Below are positions 21,471 to 33,065 of a stretch of DNA of 64,000 nt, one piece after another. Location: positions 41,170,001 through 41,234,000 of the forward strand of contig OZ076409.1 of assembly GCA_964187785.1 (NCBI GenBank), written 5' to 3'. Positions within the stretch are counted from its first letter, which is position 1. Each line of letters starts with the position of its first letter. Position numbers and translations under genes: made by a program. The notes beneath the pieces were generated by a model. That model was not told the origin of the DNA and did no database searches. It was given only the letters and a program-made list of their open reading frames with translations. This stretch comes from Amphiscolops sp. MND2022 (Eukaryota).

Positions 21471-24120
21471 ATTAGGGTTTTTTGAAGAGGTCACCCTAGT
21501 TGAAATTTAGAATAATTTAGAATAAATGGTCACCCATTTAGAATAATTTTGGGAGTTTGATAGAAAATGCTAAATTATTTCCTTGATGCAATGCTATTTC
21601 TTCAGGTACTTACTAGGATTCTTATACAACTTGGCGGGTTTTCAGAGCAACATCAACGAAATTCAAGAGAAATTTCCCCACAAAAATTTTCCATGTATTA
21701 GACTACAGGGTCTTTTTTTCAAAGCGCATAAAAAAGCTTCCAAGGTTTTTCAAGATACAGGAAAATTATACAAAATTTTTCATGCAGGGTCCCTGAAGTT
21801 TCTAAACTTCATCAAAAAGGATCCCTGCATGCATGCCTGCGCGCAAAAAAAATTAAACTCCTGCAATCTCAGCCCGGGCACTACTATAGGCAAAAGTTCA
21901 ATCATAGAACAATACACCCACTAATGAAAAAGTTTCGCAAAAATTATCAACTGAAATCTTTTCCAAACCCACAGATATCTATACTGTCAGCTCGCAAGAG
22001 CGGAGGAAATTGCACACACCCTTCACGCCTCGTTCAACCCGGCGTCCTTTCGAGGCAGGGAAACCGGAAGTTCAGTTCCGCTTTGTCGAACTCAGACTCT
22101 CAGTTTATTCATGCTTTTTAAAGAAAAAAAGCTTCCACATCCTGTCTGAGTTGCGACTCCTCTTTCCTTTGCCTCCAATTCCCGCTTTTGTCAAAATAAT
22201 GACACTCAAATTTTACAGAGGACAAAATGTCTGTTTGGTCAATTAGAAAATCTTCGAAACACTGCAAATAATTTGGATTAACTACAAACACTGGATTTTT
22301 AAGGCGTTACGTAGCAAAATTATTGAGTGATGAAATCCTGGTCCCAGGCTGTGGTTAATTAGACATTGCTTACATAGAATATGGTACTATAAAGTGCATC
22401 TAATTAAAGGTCGTCATTTACAAATACGCGTATTAAAATTTACTTTCATTAGGAAGAAGGAAATCATTCATATCACTAACAATAATCATCCATTTGTCAG
22501 ATTAGGGTCCCTTAAAGAGGTCACTTTAGTTGAAACTGCTTGAAATGTTTGCATGATTTCATAAGCTGCCTTTTATGCAAACTTTTAGCATAATTTTGCG
22601 AGTTTCATAGAAAATCTTTAATGCTAAATTATTTCCCTGATGCAATGCTATTTCTTCAGGTATTTACAAGGATTCCTATACAACTTGGCGGGTTTTCAGA
22701 GCAATATCAAGGAAATTCAAGAGAAATTTCCCCACAAAAATTTTCCATGTACTAGACTGCAGGGTGTTTTTTTCAAAGCGCATAAAAAAGCTTCCAAGGT
22801 TTTTCAAGATACAGGAAAATTATACAAAATTTTTCATGCAGGGTCCCTGAAGTTTCTAAACTTCATCAAAAAGGATCCCTGCATGCATGCCTGCGCGCAA
22901 AAAAATTAAACTCCTGCAATCTCAGCCCGGGCACTACTATAGGCAAAAGTTCAATCATAGAACAATACACCCACTAATGAAAAAGTTTCGCAAAAATTAT
23001 CAACTGAAATCTTTTCCAAACCCACAGATATCTATACTGTCAGCTCGCAAGAGCGGAGGAAATTGCACACACCCTTCACGCCTCGTTCAACCCGGCGTCC
23101 TTTCGAGGCAGGGAAACCGGAAGTTCAGTTCCGCTTTGTCGAACTTAGACTCTCAGTTTATTCATGCTTTCCAAAGAAAGCAAGCTTCCACATCCTGTCT
23201 GAGTTGCGACTCCTCTTCCCTTTGCCTCCAATTCCCGCCTTTTCGAGACGCCGAAGCTGAACTTGGCAATGAAAGAATATGGATGAATCACAAAATTACA
23301 TCTTACAAAGAAAATAAACCAAAATAATGACACTCAAATTTTACAGAGGACAAAATGTCTCTTTGGTCAATTAGAAAATCTTCGAAACACTGCAAATATT
23401 TAGGATTAACTACAAACACTGGATTTTTAAGGCGTTACGTAGCAAAATTAATGAGTGATGAAACCCTGGTCCCAGGCTGTGGTTAATTAGACATTGCTTA
23501 CATAGAAAATGGTACTATAAATTGCATCTAATTAAAGGTCGTTATTTACAAATACGCGTATTAAACTTTACTTTCATTAGGAAAAAGGAAATCATTCATA
23601 TCACTAACAATAATCATCCGTTTGTCAGATTAGGGTCCCTTAAAGAGGTCACCCTAGTTGAAACTGCTTGAAATGTTTGCATGATTCCATAAGCTGCCTT
23701 TTATGCAAACTTTTAGCATAATTTTGCGAGTTTCATAGAAAATCTTTAATGCTAAATTATTTCCCTGATGCAATGCTATTTCTTCAGGTATTTACTAGGA
23801 TTCCTATACAACTTGGCGGGTTTTCAGAGCAACATCAAGGAAATTCAAGAGAAATTTCCCCACAAAAATTTTCCATGTACTAGACTGCAGGGTGTTTTTT
23901 TTTCAAAGCGTATAAAAATGCTTTCGAGGTTTTTCAAGATACAGGAAATTTTTACAAAATTTTTCATGCAGGGTCCCTGAAGTTTCTTAACTTCATCAAA
24001 AATGATCCCTGCATGCATGCCTGCGCGCAAAAAAAATTAAATTCCTGCAAAAAAATTAAATCTCAGCCCGGGCACTACTATATGCAAAAGTTCAATCATA
24101 GAACTATACACGCACTAATG
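21471..24120 (+). repeat. Tandem array of a ~1.1-kb unit (~2.4 copies)
   Basis: atgcaatgctatttcttcagg occurs at ~21586, 22640 and 23768. Copy 1 has an internal deletion near 22188. Confidence 0.95.
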
Positions 24121-26855
24121 ACATATACCCTTTGGGTTTGAAAAAGCATTTTTATAGCTAGAAGTATGAAAAACCCAATGGGGGATCCTTTTGGTAATTT
24201 GAAACATTTTCGAAACAGTCTCACATAATTTCTTTTTTATTCAAATAATTTGTCAAAATATAAACGGGAGGACCCTTTCCGAACAGTTTGCCAAAATGTA
24301 GAATTTTTGCAGACTTTGGTTTTCGGCATGAAGAGGTCACTTCGACCTGATTGAAACAAAACTAGGAAAAAAAAGCCACTAGGGTCTTAGCACGCCGGAA
24401 ATAGGTTTTTTTCCTACCCGTGGAGCATTTTGTTTGTGTGCCAATTTTGAAAGCAGCCCAACATGCCCTTTTTGTGGTACCAAGCTGGGGAAGGTCGGAC
24501 TTTTCGACAAATCTTTCATCTTTTTTCGACGATGCGCCATAATTTTGATTTCGAGCAAATTTAAAACTTAAGATTGAGCGAGCTCAAGTTGCATCAGTTT
24601 TGATTTCGATCATGTTTACTGTCTTTCAAACAGCTCCATTTGCTTTTCTGACACTGATCTTCTTCGATTTTAACACGAATGTTCGCAAGGGGATACTAAT
24701 TCAACATCAGCAACTCTCTTCTAATTGATCGAGTCTCTTTAAATTTTCTCGAGCGTCGAATCACAATCGCTTACAGAGAAAATTTTCCAACAAATTCGTT
24801 TCTGGTAATGTTCTTACTTTTTCATCTTCACTTTTTACTCTTTGATTTCTCAACGAATAGATATCCTTTAAATTTAATCGAGAACTGTAAGAAAACACAC
24901 CATGACGTAATATTATCGCACGGCTTTATTGTAACTCACATTTATCGTCGTGAATTTCACCAAAAATCAAAGTTCAATATTACTTAATGGAAGTTTGCCC
25001 TTTTGTGATTGTCCCTCCCAAATTTCAATATCATCTGCGAGCAGTTTTCCGCGGTCAACTGCTAATTCAATTGATAACAAAGTGAATTTTACTTTAAAAA
25101 TGTTCACTTTTACTGGAACAGCGTCACATCGCTGGAGTTCACATAATTTTTTCATGATTATCGAATGCTTGTTTCTTGGTATCTCCAACAACATACCTTG
25201 AAGGATGAGGCTTGTTTATGAAGCTGAATTTTTTGAGGAAAGTATTTCGGGGGAAATCAAAGCTTTTTGGATACTCGACATAGCTAGCTAAGGATGCTAT
25301 TTTGATTTCCTTTGCTTTAGTATTCCCTTTTGCCTCGCCCTTTTTAAAAGGGTTTTTCTGAACATCCATAATTGCAAAGCCACGTGTGATAATCGCTGGA
25401 AAAGAAGAAGAAACTATTTTATGATAACGGTCATCTATTTGACTAGAAATTGTGCTTTCTTGGAGAAAACAAATATTTCCGAAGGCGGGAAGCGCAGAAC
25501 TATGATGAACTCTGAATGTGTTTCTCATCCTGGGACCAAATACAGCAGAGCGGAAGGAAAAAAGATGGTATTACGGATGTGCTGTATTTCATTTCGTTTA
25601 CACTGACCAGAAATGAAAACGGGATACTTATGTAGTTATAAGTGTTGTTAAAGCTTCAGAATCTTGAATAATATATCATTTTGTCAATTTGAAAATAACG
25701 TCAAACGCTGAATATGTCTATCAGAGACAGCTGGGGAATTGAAAAAATAAATTGGCAACAGTAGAGTTTTCTCCCATATCTAAAGAATAAAAGAATAAAA
25801 GCAATGCATCCATTGTCAAAAAGACAGATATATATCGCCATAAGACATGGATTCTTCCTCAAGAGTTGCAGGTTGCGCAACTAGTCTTCCGCTACCCTCG
25901 CCATTGCAGCAAGCACGACTCGAGAGACGGGCGGCTGCTGATTTCGACAAGGCAGCACAGACAGCAAGCAATCTACGCTAAGCTACTACTACTATTCCTT
26001 CATATTTCACTATTGCGATTATTGCGCAACTCTTGTAGTTCTACGCATCTCGCTTTATATTTTTTCAACTTCGTGGCATCATACCACTTCCGCTTCTCTC
26101 CGGTAGTCTTGGCGACTAGCCAGTGTGGCTCCCTTCCCTAAAATCCAGAACCCCTCCCCTGCTTACAGCCTCAGTACCTGATCTAAATCCTTCCAGGAAG
26201 TAACAACTGTAGTTGCACAGTGTTCTAATTCCAGTCACATCAAACAAGACACCCGCTCCTCGTGTTGTAAAAAGCCCCCACGCTGAGATCTGCGAGGGCT
26301 GAGGAAGACCTTCTGGGTTCGCAGCAACAAAGCGAATAATGGCGAACAATTAGCGCAAATTTGCAGACTTTGTTGCTAACTTGCGTCTCCTTTGATTTAT
26401 GAATGTTAACAAAACCTCGATAATATGGTTAGCGCTTTCTAATCAATTTAATCCAAAACGCCACAGAGCGCTTCTAAATATAGAAATTTACGCACTGCCA
26501 AAATTGTGCCAGATTTGGTGCACCCTCAAATGAACAGCATTCTTTTACCTTTTTCACAAATAAAATTCAACTGGCCTAACAAAGCAGCTCTTCCTCTTTT
26601 TTATTCTATCTAACGTCTTTGTATATATTTCTCTTTTTTCAGCGCTCCCGCTCCGAAATCCTTCCCAGAAAAAATCCTCATTACTCCACTACCAAGCACT
26701 CTATATCTCGCAGAAAACGCAACAGTCAAGTGGCCGAGCAAGTTCCCCTGACAAATGTTGAGAAATCCCAAATAACGGGGGCGGGCCAGGTAATAACAGG
26801 CGAGCCCTTTAATCATACTTCTCCCACCATTTGCCGCAATTTTTCCTCCCCCATT

Positions 26856-27065
26856 ATGCCTTTCAATTTTGATTCCAAGTTTGGATCCACTCGACAAAAA
26901 AGACGCGCGACTATGTATGTGGCACAGCACAGTCAGCCCCCTAGCGCCGAAATGCAGAGAAACAGCAAGATATTCAGACCCGTGCTAAGGATCTTACCCA
27001 TCAACCAGCTGCTTAAACAGGAGAAGATATTTCTAGAAGCCGCAAACAGAGGCGACAAGTCAACT
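26856..27065 (+). CDS. TRPC: TRPC coding exon 1 (start codon uncertain; acceptor at 26642 and frame open upstream)
   Basis: MPFNF...EKIFLEAANRGDKST, then donor gttagt (phase 0). Confidence 0.8.
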
Positions 27066-27744
27066 GTTAGTCAACACATGTTCTCTTGTAACCCTATGGT
27101 CTTTTCATTTTTTAACTTGGACCAAAATGTGTTTGAAAAATCAAATTGCGAGGAATTTCTGAACAATTGAAAATTTGTGACTGTAGATTAATTATTTTTC
27201 AATTTATTATACCAGTGAAAACGGAAACAAATGCGAACTTCCATGCCTCATTCTCCAGTTTCTTTTTTTAAAAAATTATCATTGAATCCTGAGATTCAAA
27301 CAAAGCACTTGCTGATTAGTTAGTAATAATCACAAAATTCATCAAACTTGAAATTCCTAGGTGAAAACATTTATAGTCACGCTCTTTTTTATACGTTTGG
27401 TGAAAAAGTCGGATGAAGTTTAGTTCTTTTTACTAACACCCCTACATGTTATATCAAGCTGGGAACGGCCCAAATCGGAGCCCCGCTCAAGATTCACAAA
27501 GGGCAAAGTGTTTTGAATATGTGAAGGGACACTCAAACATCAAAAAACCCAATTTGCCGATAAAAAGTCATTTTTTAACCAAAAAGTCAAAGTGTTCAAA
27601 AACTGAAAAAGAGACCAGAGACAGAAACGTTTCAAAAGTGAAGAGGGTACCCTTTGACCAAATGAAATTTATCTCTGAAAAAATGTTGTACAGTGTCCAA
27701 AGAACTTGTTTTATATTTATTGAGAACTCTCATCAGTCACATAT

Positions 27745-28188
27745 GAATCTAGGAAAACTCGTCGAAAACAACTCGCCGAAAACAACTGGTCGAAAATACT
27801 AGGCGGAAAACTCGTCGAAAAGCAACTCGCCGAAAATTCTCCGACGGAAAACTCGTCGCAAGAACAGAAAATAGTCTCAGACAAATATAGCGCTAACTTC
27901 GTGATCTTACTGTGTTATTAAGTTCCACCTTATTATGAAGTATTACACTGTTAACTATAAAAGTGAAATATTTCCAGCAATTTTATAACTAGAAAACGCG
28001 AAACCCTAAATCAACTAAAAAAAATTAATCCATAATTAGCACTGAATAATCCTTGTTTGTAATCTGTAATTATTCGACGAGTTTGCACTCAATTATTATT
28101 CGACGAGTTAATTTTCGACCAGTTTTCCGCCCTTTATTTTCGACGAGTTGCATTCGGCAAATTGTTTTCGACGAGTTTTCCGCATACC
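27745..28188. mobile_element. Mutator-like foldback MITE
   Basis: Inverted arms built from aactcgtcgaaa/ttcgacgagtt repeats. 9-bp TSD GTCACATAT at 27736-27744 and 28189-28197. Confidence 0.85.
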
Positions 28189-28905
28189 GTCACATATGAC
28201 CAAAAAATGACCAAAGAGGTCACCCTCAAGACTCGGGAAACGGTTTTCCTTGACACGAAAGTATAAAATACAAATGGCGACACTGCGTGAAAAAGTCGCA
28301 TAATGCCGAAAAACCACCCTTTGGTCTCCTTTCTGCGTTTGCGAGCACAAAGTTTGCCGGTCTTGAAAAAACCACTGCTATAGTTGGTTCTTTTCTTTTA
28401 ACCTTTTCTTTTAAAAGCGCCAACTAAAAACTAAATTTTATACTGAAATTTTTCAAATAAAGATTATATCAAAGTTATTTTTTTTAAAATCCTAAAGTAC
28501 TATATTTCTCTCTATTTTGATCACGTCGCATAAATCCAAAAGCAAAATGTCAACTTTTTGTTTTCCTCGCGTAAATGAAGCATGAAGATATTGGATATTA
28601 TTATCAGTGGACGTTTTAAAAATTTCTTCTGTTTTAGCTTGAAAAGTCGTTACGCCCTATCTAATAAGCATATAATTCAATGAAAATGTCGTCGCTCTAA
28701 TCAAAAATTATTTTCTTAAGTTGGAAATTGAAACGTGGTGTAAAGGAGACAATCGAACTCTTGAAACTTTTACTAAAATGCTCACATAGTCTTGCAATTG
28801 TAGATCATTAACTTGTCGAGATTGATATTAAGGTGCCCACGAATTTACAGAATCTTGGAAGATTGTGTCTTTTTCTGGTGACTCCTGACAAGACTTATAG
28901 CAGAG

Positions 28906-29720
28906 CCCATGTTGAGCACTCCCTGCGAATCTGTACAGATCTGTACAGATCCTGACAGATATTCCAGGATTTTTCGAAAATTATCTAGTCAAAAAACAGT
29001 TTTGAAATTGAAATTAGTTGAATAAAAAGTGCTCTACAAGATACACACGCCTCCTAGTTAAAGTTTTGAAAAAAGTTTTTGTGCGAATCTGTACAGATCT
29101 GTACAGATCCTGACAGATATTCCAGGATTGGTCGTAAATTAACCATACAAAAATGACCAATAAATTACTATAACGTATTCCAAGTTTCCAGCAATTACTA
29201 AAACTACTCCAGCTAACCATGTTCCCGAAATATTACAACCACATTCCTTTATCAACACCTCTACCAACCCAGACGGTACCCACATGTATATTTACATCCA
29301 CCAAATCGAAGTCAATATAGCAAACGAGCCGCTCAAAGTTGAACAGCAACTTCTGGAAAGTTCGAGTGAAATAGATAAATTACCGTGCAAAACATATACC
29401 AAACATTCCCAAGACACCAAAATAACCTTGATGGGGACAAGTTTTCCAGCTCAAGAATTTTGAGTGATCGAGATTTTCAACTGACTGAGCCTTGGTCAGC
29501 AAAAATACTTGTTGAAGAAGCCCAAAAATGCAATACATTGTTTCCCAGAAGCTCCGCGAAAAAATGTCCTGAACAATCTGTACAGAAAATCCTTGAACAT
29601 CCTTAAAGATCCTTGCAGATCTGCAGTTGTCCTTACGTAGCAGTGGCACGATCTTTACAGATCCTCAAGGAAAAAAGGCTCACAGATCTGTACAGATTCT
29701 CAAGGAAAGCTCAACATGGG
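28906..29720. mobile_element. CCC-ended non-autonomous DNA transposon (EnSpm/CMC-like)
   Basis: TIR CCCATGTTGAGC / GCTCAACATGGG, 2-bp TSD AG, subterminal ATCTGTACAGAT repeats. Confidence 0.85.
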
Positions 29721-29826
29721 AGTGCCGATAAGTTCAAGAGTTTACGTGAAGCAAAACAAACTAGACCGCATCAAGGATTCTTAAAACAAATATGAATATG
29801 CTACAATACGTCATGTTTTTGTCACG

Positions 29827-30622
29827 CCCGTACTGAGATCCCATCGTAGTTCATCGATGGCCATCGTAGTCCCATGGGGCCCATCGATGGCCATCAATGG
29901 TCCATCGATGGGCATCGATGAGGTTTTTCTAACAATGATCCCATCGATGGGTGATCGATGGACCATCGATGATCCATCGATAGGTATCGAAATTTTCGAT
30001 CACAAAAAGTCGTTCGACTTGTCCATGTTCAAAATTTCAACAAAACTCTCGCCATTTAAGTTTTTCAGTCTATTTAAGCTTTGTTTAGGATTTCGAGGAT
30101 GCCCAAATATTTTATTCGGAAATGAAGATATACATAGTTATCCATATTATTTATCTTTGTGAGAAACCGGATTCTGTTGATTTTCCAAGGAAAAAACACC
30201 AAATTTTTAGATACAAAAACGTATTTTAAGAGTCAAATTTCTGCATATTTTAAATATTTTTTTCTTCTTACAAGCAGATGGTTTTCTCAGCAATTGAAGC
30301 TCGATTCCGTCGCATTTTCATGCGAATAATGGCAATTTTGCCAGGTTTTTCATTTTTTTTCAAACAATTCAAGGGCAAGGCTCCGAAATAAGTGATTTTC
30401 AGGCTCGAGAAAGCTTACTCAGGCTCAAAAGGAAATGAGAGTAGGTTAAAATTAGATATATTTAACTCTAAATGCTCCACAAGTGCCCCCATGCGCTGGG
30501 CGATAATTCAAATTCCATCGATGGCCATTGTTGGTCCATCGATGGCCATTGTTGGTCCATCGATGCCCATCGGAAAAAGTTACGACGGCCATCGATGGGA
30601 TTGAATGGAGTCTCAGTACGGG
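29827..30622. mobile_element. CCC-ended non-autonomous DNA transposon (EnSpm/CMC-like), second family
   Basis: TIR CCCGTACTGAGA / TCTCAGTACGGG, 2-bp TSD CG, subterminal CCATCGATGG palindromes at both ends. Confidence 0.88.
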
Positions 30623-30781
30623 CGGGCTTTAAAATTCTTGCTCTGGGTAATTTTTCAATGTGTGAAGCAGCAAAACGCAAAAAAGCATTTCTGAAAAAAA
30701 GCGTGTTTAAATAAGACCCCCTCAGAGTCGTCTGTTGTAAAACCTATCCTAGTTTCTATTCCAGTTCTTTTTTATTTTCAG

Positions 30782-30976
30782 GTGCTAGCATGTCTGCAAC
30801 CCCCGAATGCAGTGGACGTCAATTGCAGGGATGGATTGGGGCGAACAGCTATTCAAATTGCAGCAGACAACGAGAATCTGGAACTCATTGAAATCTTATT
30901 GGCTCAAAGAGACGTGCATATTGGCAACGCATTGCTATGTGCCATCATTGAAGGGGTCCTACCAATTGTCGAAAAA
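30782..30976 (+). CDS. TRPC: TRPC exon 2 (ankyrin repeats)
   Basis: VLACLQPPNAVDVNCRDGLGRTAIQIAADNENLELIEILL...NALLCAI, with AG/GT boundaries. Confidence 0.95.
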
Positions 30977-32354
30977 GTTAGATTCCTAGATTAAATACTA
31001 TTTGATAAACACTAGAAAATAAGGGGATTATTCAAAAGAAACCAATACACATGTCAAATAACTAACTTACATCAAGGTCAATCCGTTACCTTAAGTGACT
31101 CTCATGAGTATTGTTCTTTCAGCTCAAAGATCGTCGCCGTAAAAATACTTTCACAATTTTTCCCTCAAATGTTTCAAAATAATAAGGACTTCACCACGAA
31201 GACTTGAAACTACTGGGTATCGATTATTTGTTATACAGTTTTCTTCACAAAAATGCATTTATAAGCTTTTGTGATCTCAAAAAATCTAGCAACACAGCTT
31301 CAAGTCGGCCTTTGCTTGATCATTTGGCCGCAATAATGGTATCATAGCTCGCTATGGGGATATAGTAACCAAAAAGACGCTGGATTATAAAAGCAGGTGC
31401 TTAATCAGCGTCCACTGGTTAATTGGGTCAACAGTATTTTATTCTCCTTTCTGAAAACGTTTTCTGTTTTTGAACTTCACAAAGAGGCATACGGTAAAAA
31501 ACTATAAATCGTCACAGTAGACTTCATTTCTTAAAAAGCACTCTGATTTAAATCCCTGAGAATTAGAAACAACCTCGGGCAACCCATGGTCACATTTTCA
31601 CTAGGACTTCTTCAAAAATCATTCTGACTTCGCATCAGAATGAACTGTTTGGTTGGTTAAATGATGTTGAACTTACGTACACGTGCAGTGATATATAAGT
31701 GTTGACAATTCGCCCTTTGAGTGCTCTATGCCTTCAGGCTTTTTGAATGCAGCAGAAGAGATTGACAGGTCGCCTACTGTGTTCAAGTCAACAACAGTCA
31801 ACAAATCGCTCAACAGTGTACTTTTGGGACACTGGTGCTAAAAATAAAAAGAGCCGCAGGCTGTCGAAAGAATTAGGTGGTCACTTAAAAATCTACAATT
31901 GAATAATTACCTGTGACTGCACTTAGCATACAGGCATAAATAACCATTTCCCCCTGGCATGGATAACCATTTAACCCTGGCATGGCTAACCCTTAAATTA
32001 GAAAACCACTAATTTTTAACTGTCCCGGGTTGTCCTATCACGCAAATCATACTATGTTTCCATATATGGAAAGTAGCTGTCATACAAAAAACTTTTCATG
32101 TTCATGACATGACTTTAATGTTTTCAATTATGATCATCGTATTGATTGCCTGATTTCATATAACTAACTGTATGGCCCTTTTATGGAATACATGCTTTTT
32201 CAGTATGGCCCCTTCTATGAAACTCATGTTTACCAGTATGGCACTTCTATGGAACTCAAGTTTTTAGGAGTCGGAAAAAATTTTCGACTAATTATGCAAT
32301 CGTGCTGTTTTTTTTTGTTTTTTTTTCTCCCGACCTTTTCATGAAAATTTCAAA

Positions 32355-33065
32355 TTTCTCAAAAACTGTCCATACGATTTTCACGAAATTTTGCACAGTC
32401 ATTCTACACACAAAGGGGCCCCTGCGTGTGCAAAGGCATCAAAATCGTATGGCCTGGATGTGAGAAACATAGCCAAAATTAGCCCAAAAGTGGCCAAAAA
32501 ACAGCCATTTTTCGACTTTTTTCGATTTTTTCAAAAACTGTCCATACGATTCGAACGAAATTTTCTACAGTTATTCTACACCATATTAGAGTCCTATACG
32601 TGCAATGGCATCAAAATCGTATGGCTGGGATGTGAGAAACATAGCCAAAATTAGCCCAAAAATGGCCAAAAAACAGCCATTTTTCGACTTTTTTCGATTT
32701 TCTCAAGACTGACCATACGATTCGAATGAAATTTTCTACAGTTATTCTACACCATATTAGAGTCCTATATGTGCAGTGGCATCAAAATCGTATGGCTGGG
32801 ATGTGAGAAACATAGCCATAATTAGCCCAAAAATGGCCAAAAAACAGTCATTTTTCGATTTTTTTCGATTTTCTCAAAAACTGTCCATACGATTCGAACG
32901 AAATTTTCTACAGTCATTCTACACCATATTATGGTCCTTTATGTGCAATTTCATTAAATTCGTATGGCTGAGATGTGAGAAACATAGCCAAATTTAGCCC
33001 AAAAATGGCCAAAAAAACAGTCATTTCTCGATTTTTTCACAAACTGTTCATACGATTCGAACGAA
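32355..33065. repeat. Tandem repeat, ~172-bp unit, ~4 copies
   Basis: gatgtgagaaacatagcc recurs at ~172-nt spacing. The array is flanked by short gtatggccc/ttatggaa repeats. Confidence 0.95.

Noticed and set aside
18685..24030. Repeated short ORFs in the 1.1-kb units
   Set aside because: Frames and stops differ between copies and there is no protein motif, so they are chance ORFs in a repeat.
24950..25606. Cluster of 60-130 aa ORFs
   Set aside because: May be a decayed coding relic, but I cannot recognise any family.
25880..26430. Possible upstream or 5' UTR exon and promoter of TRPC
   Set aside because: The composition is suggestive, but the boundaries cannot be supported without transcript data.
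32355..33065. CRISPR-like appearance of the regular repeats (also 27745-28188 and 59285-60410)
   Set aside because: No unique spacers and no cas genes, and the context is a eukaryotic intron.
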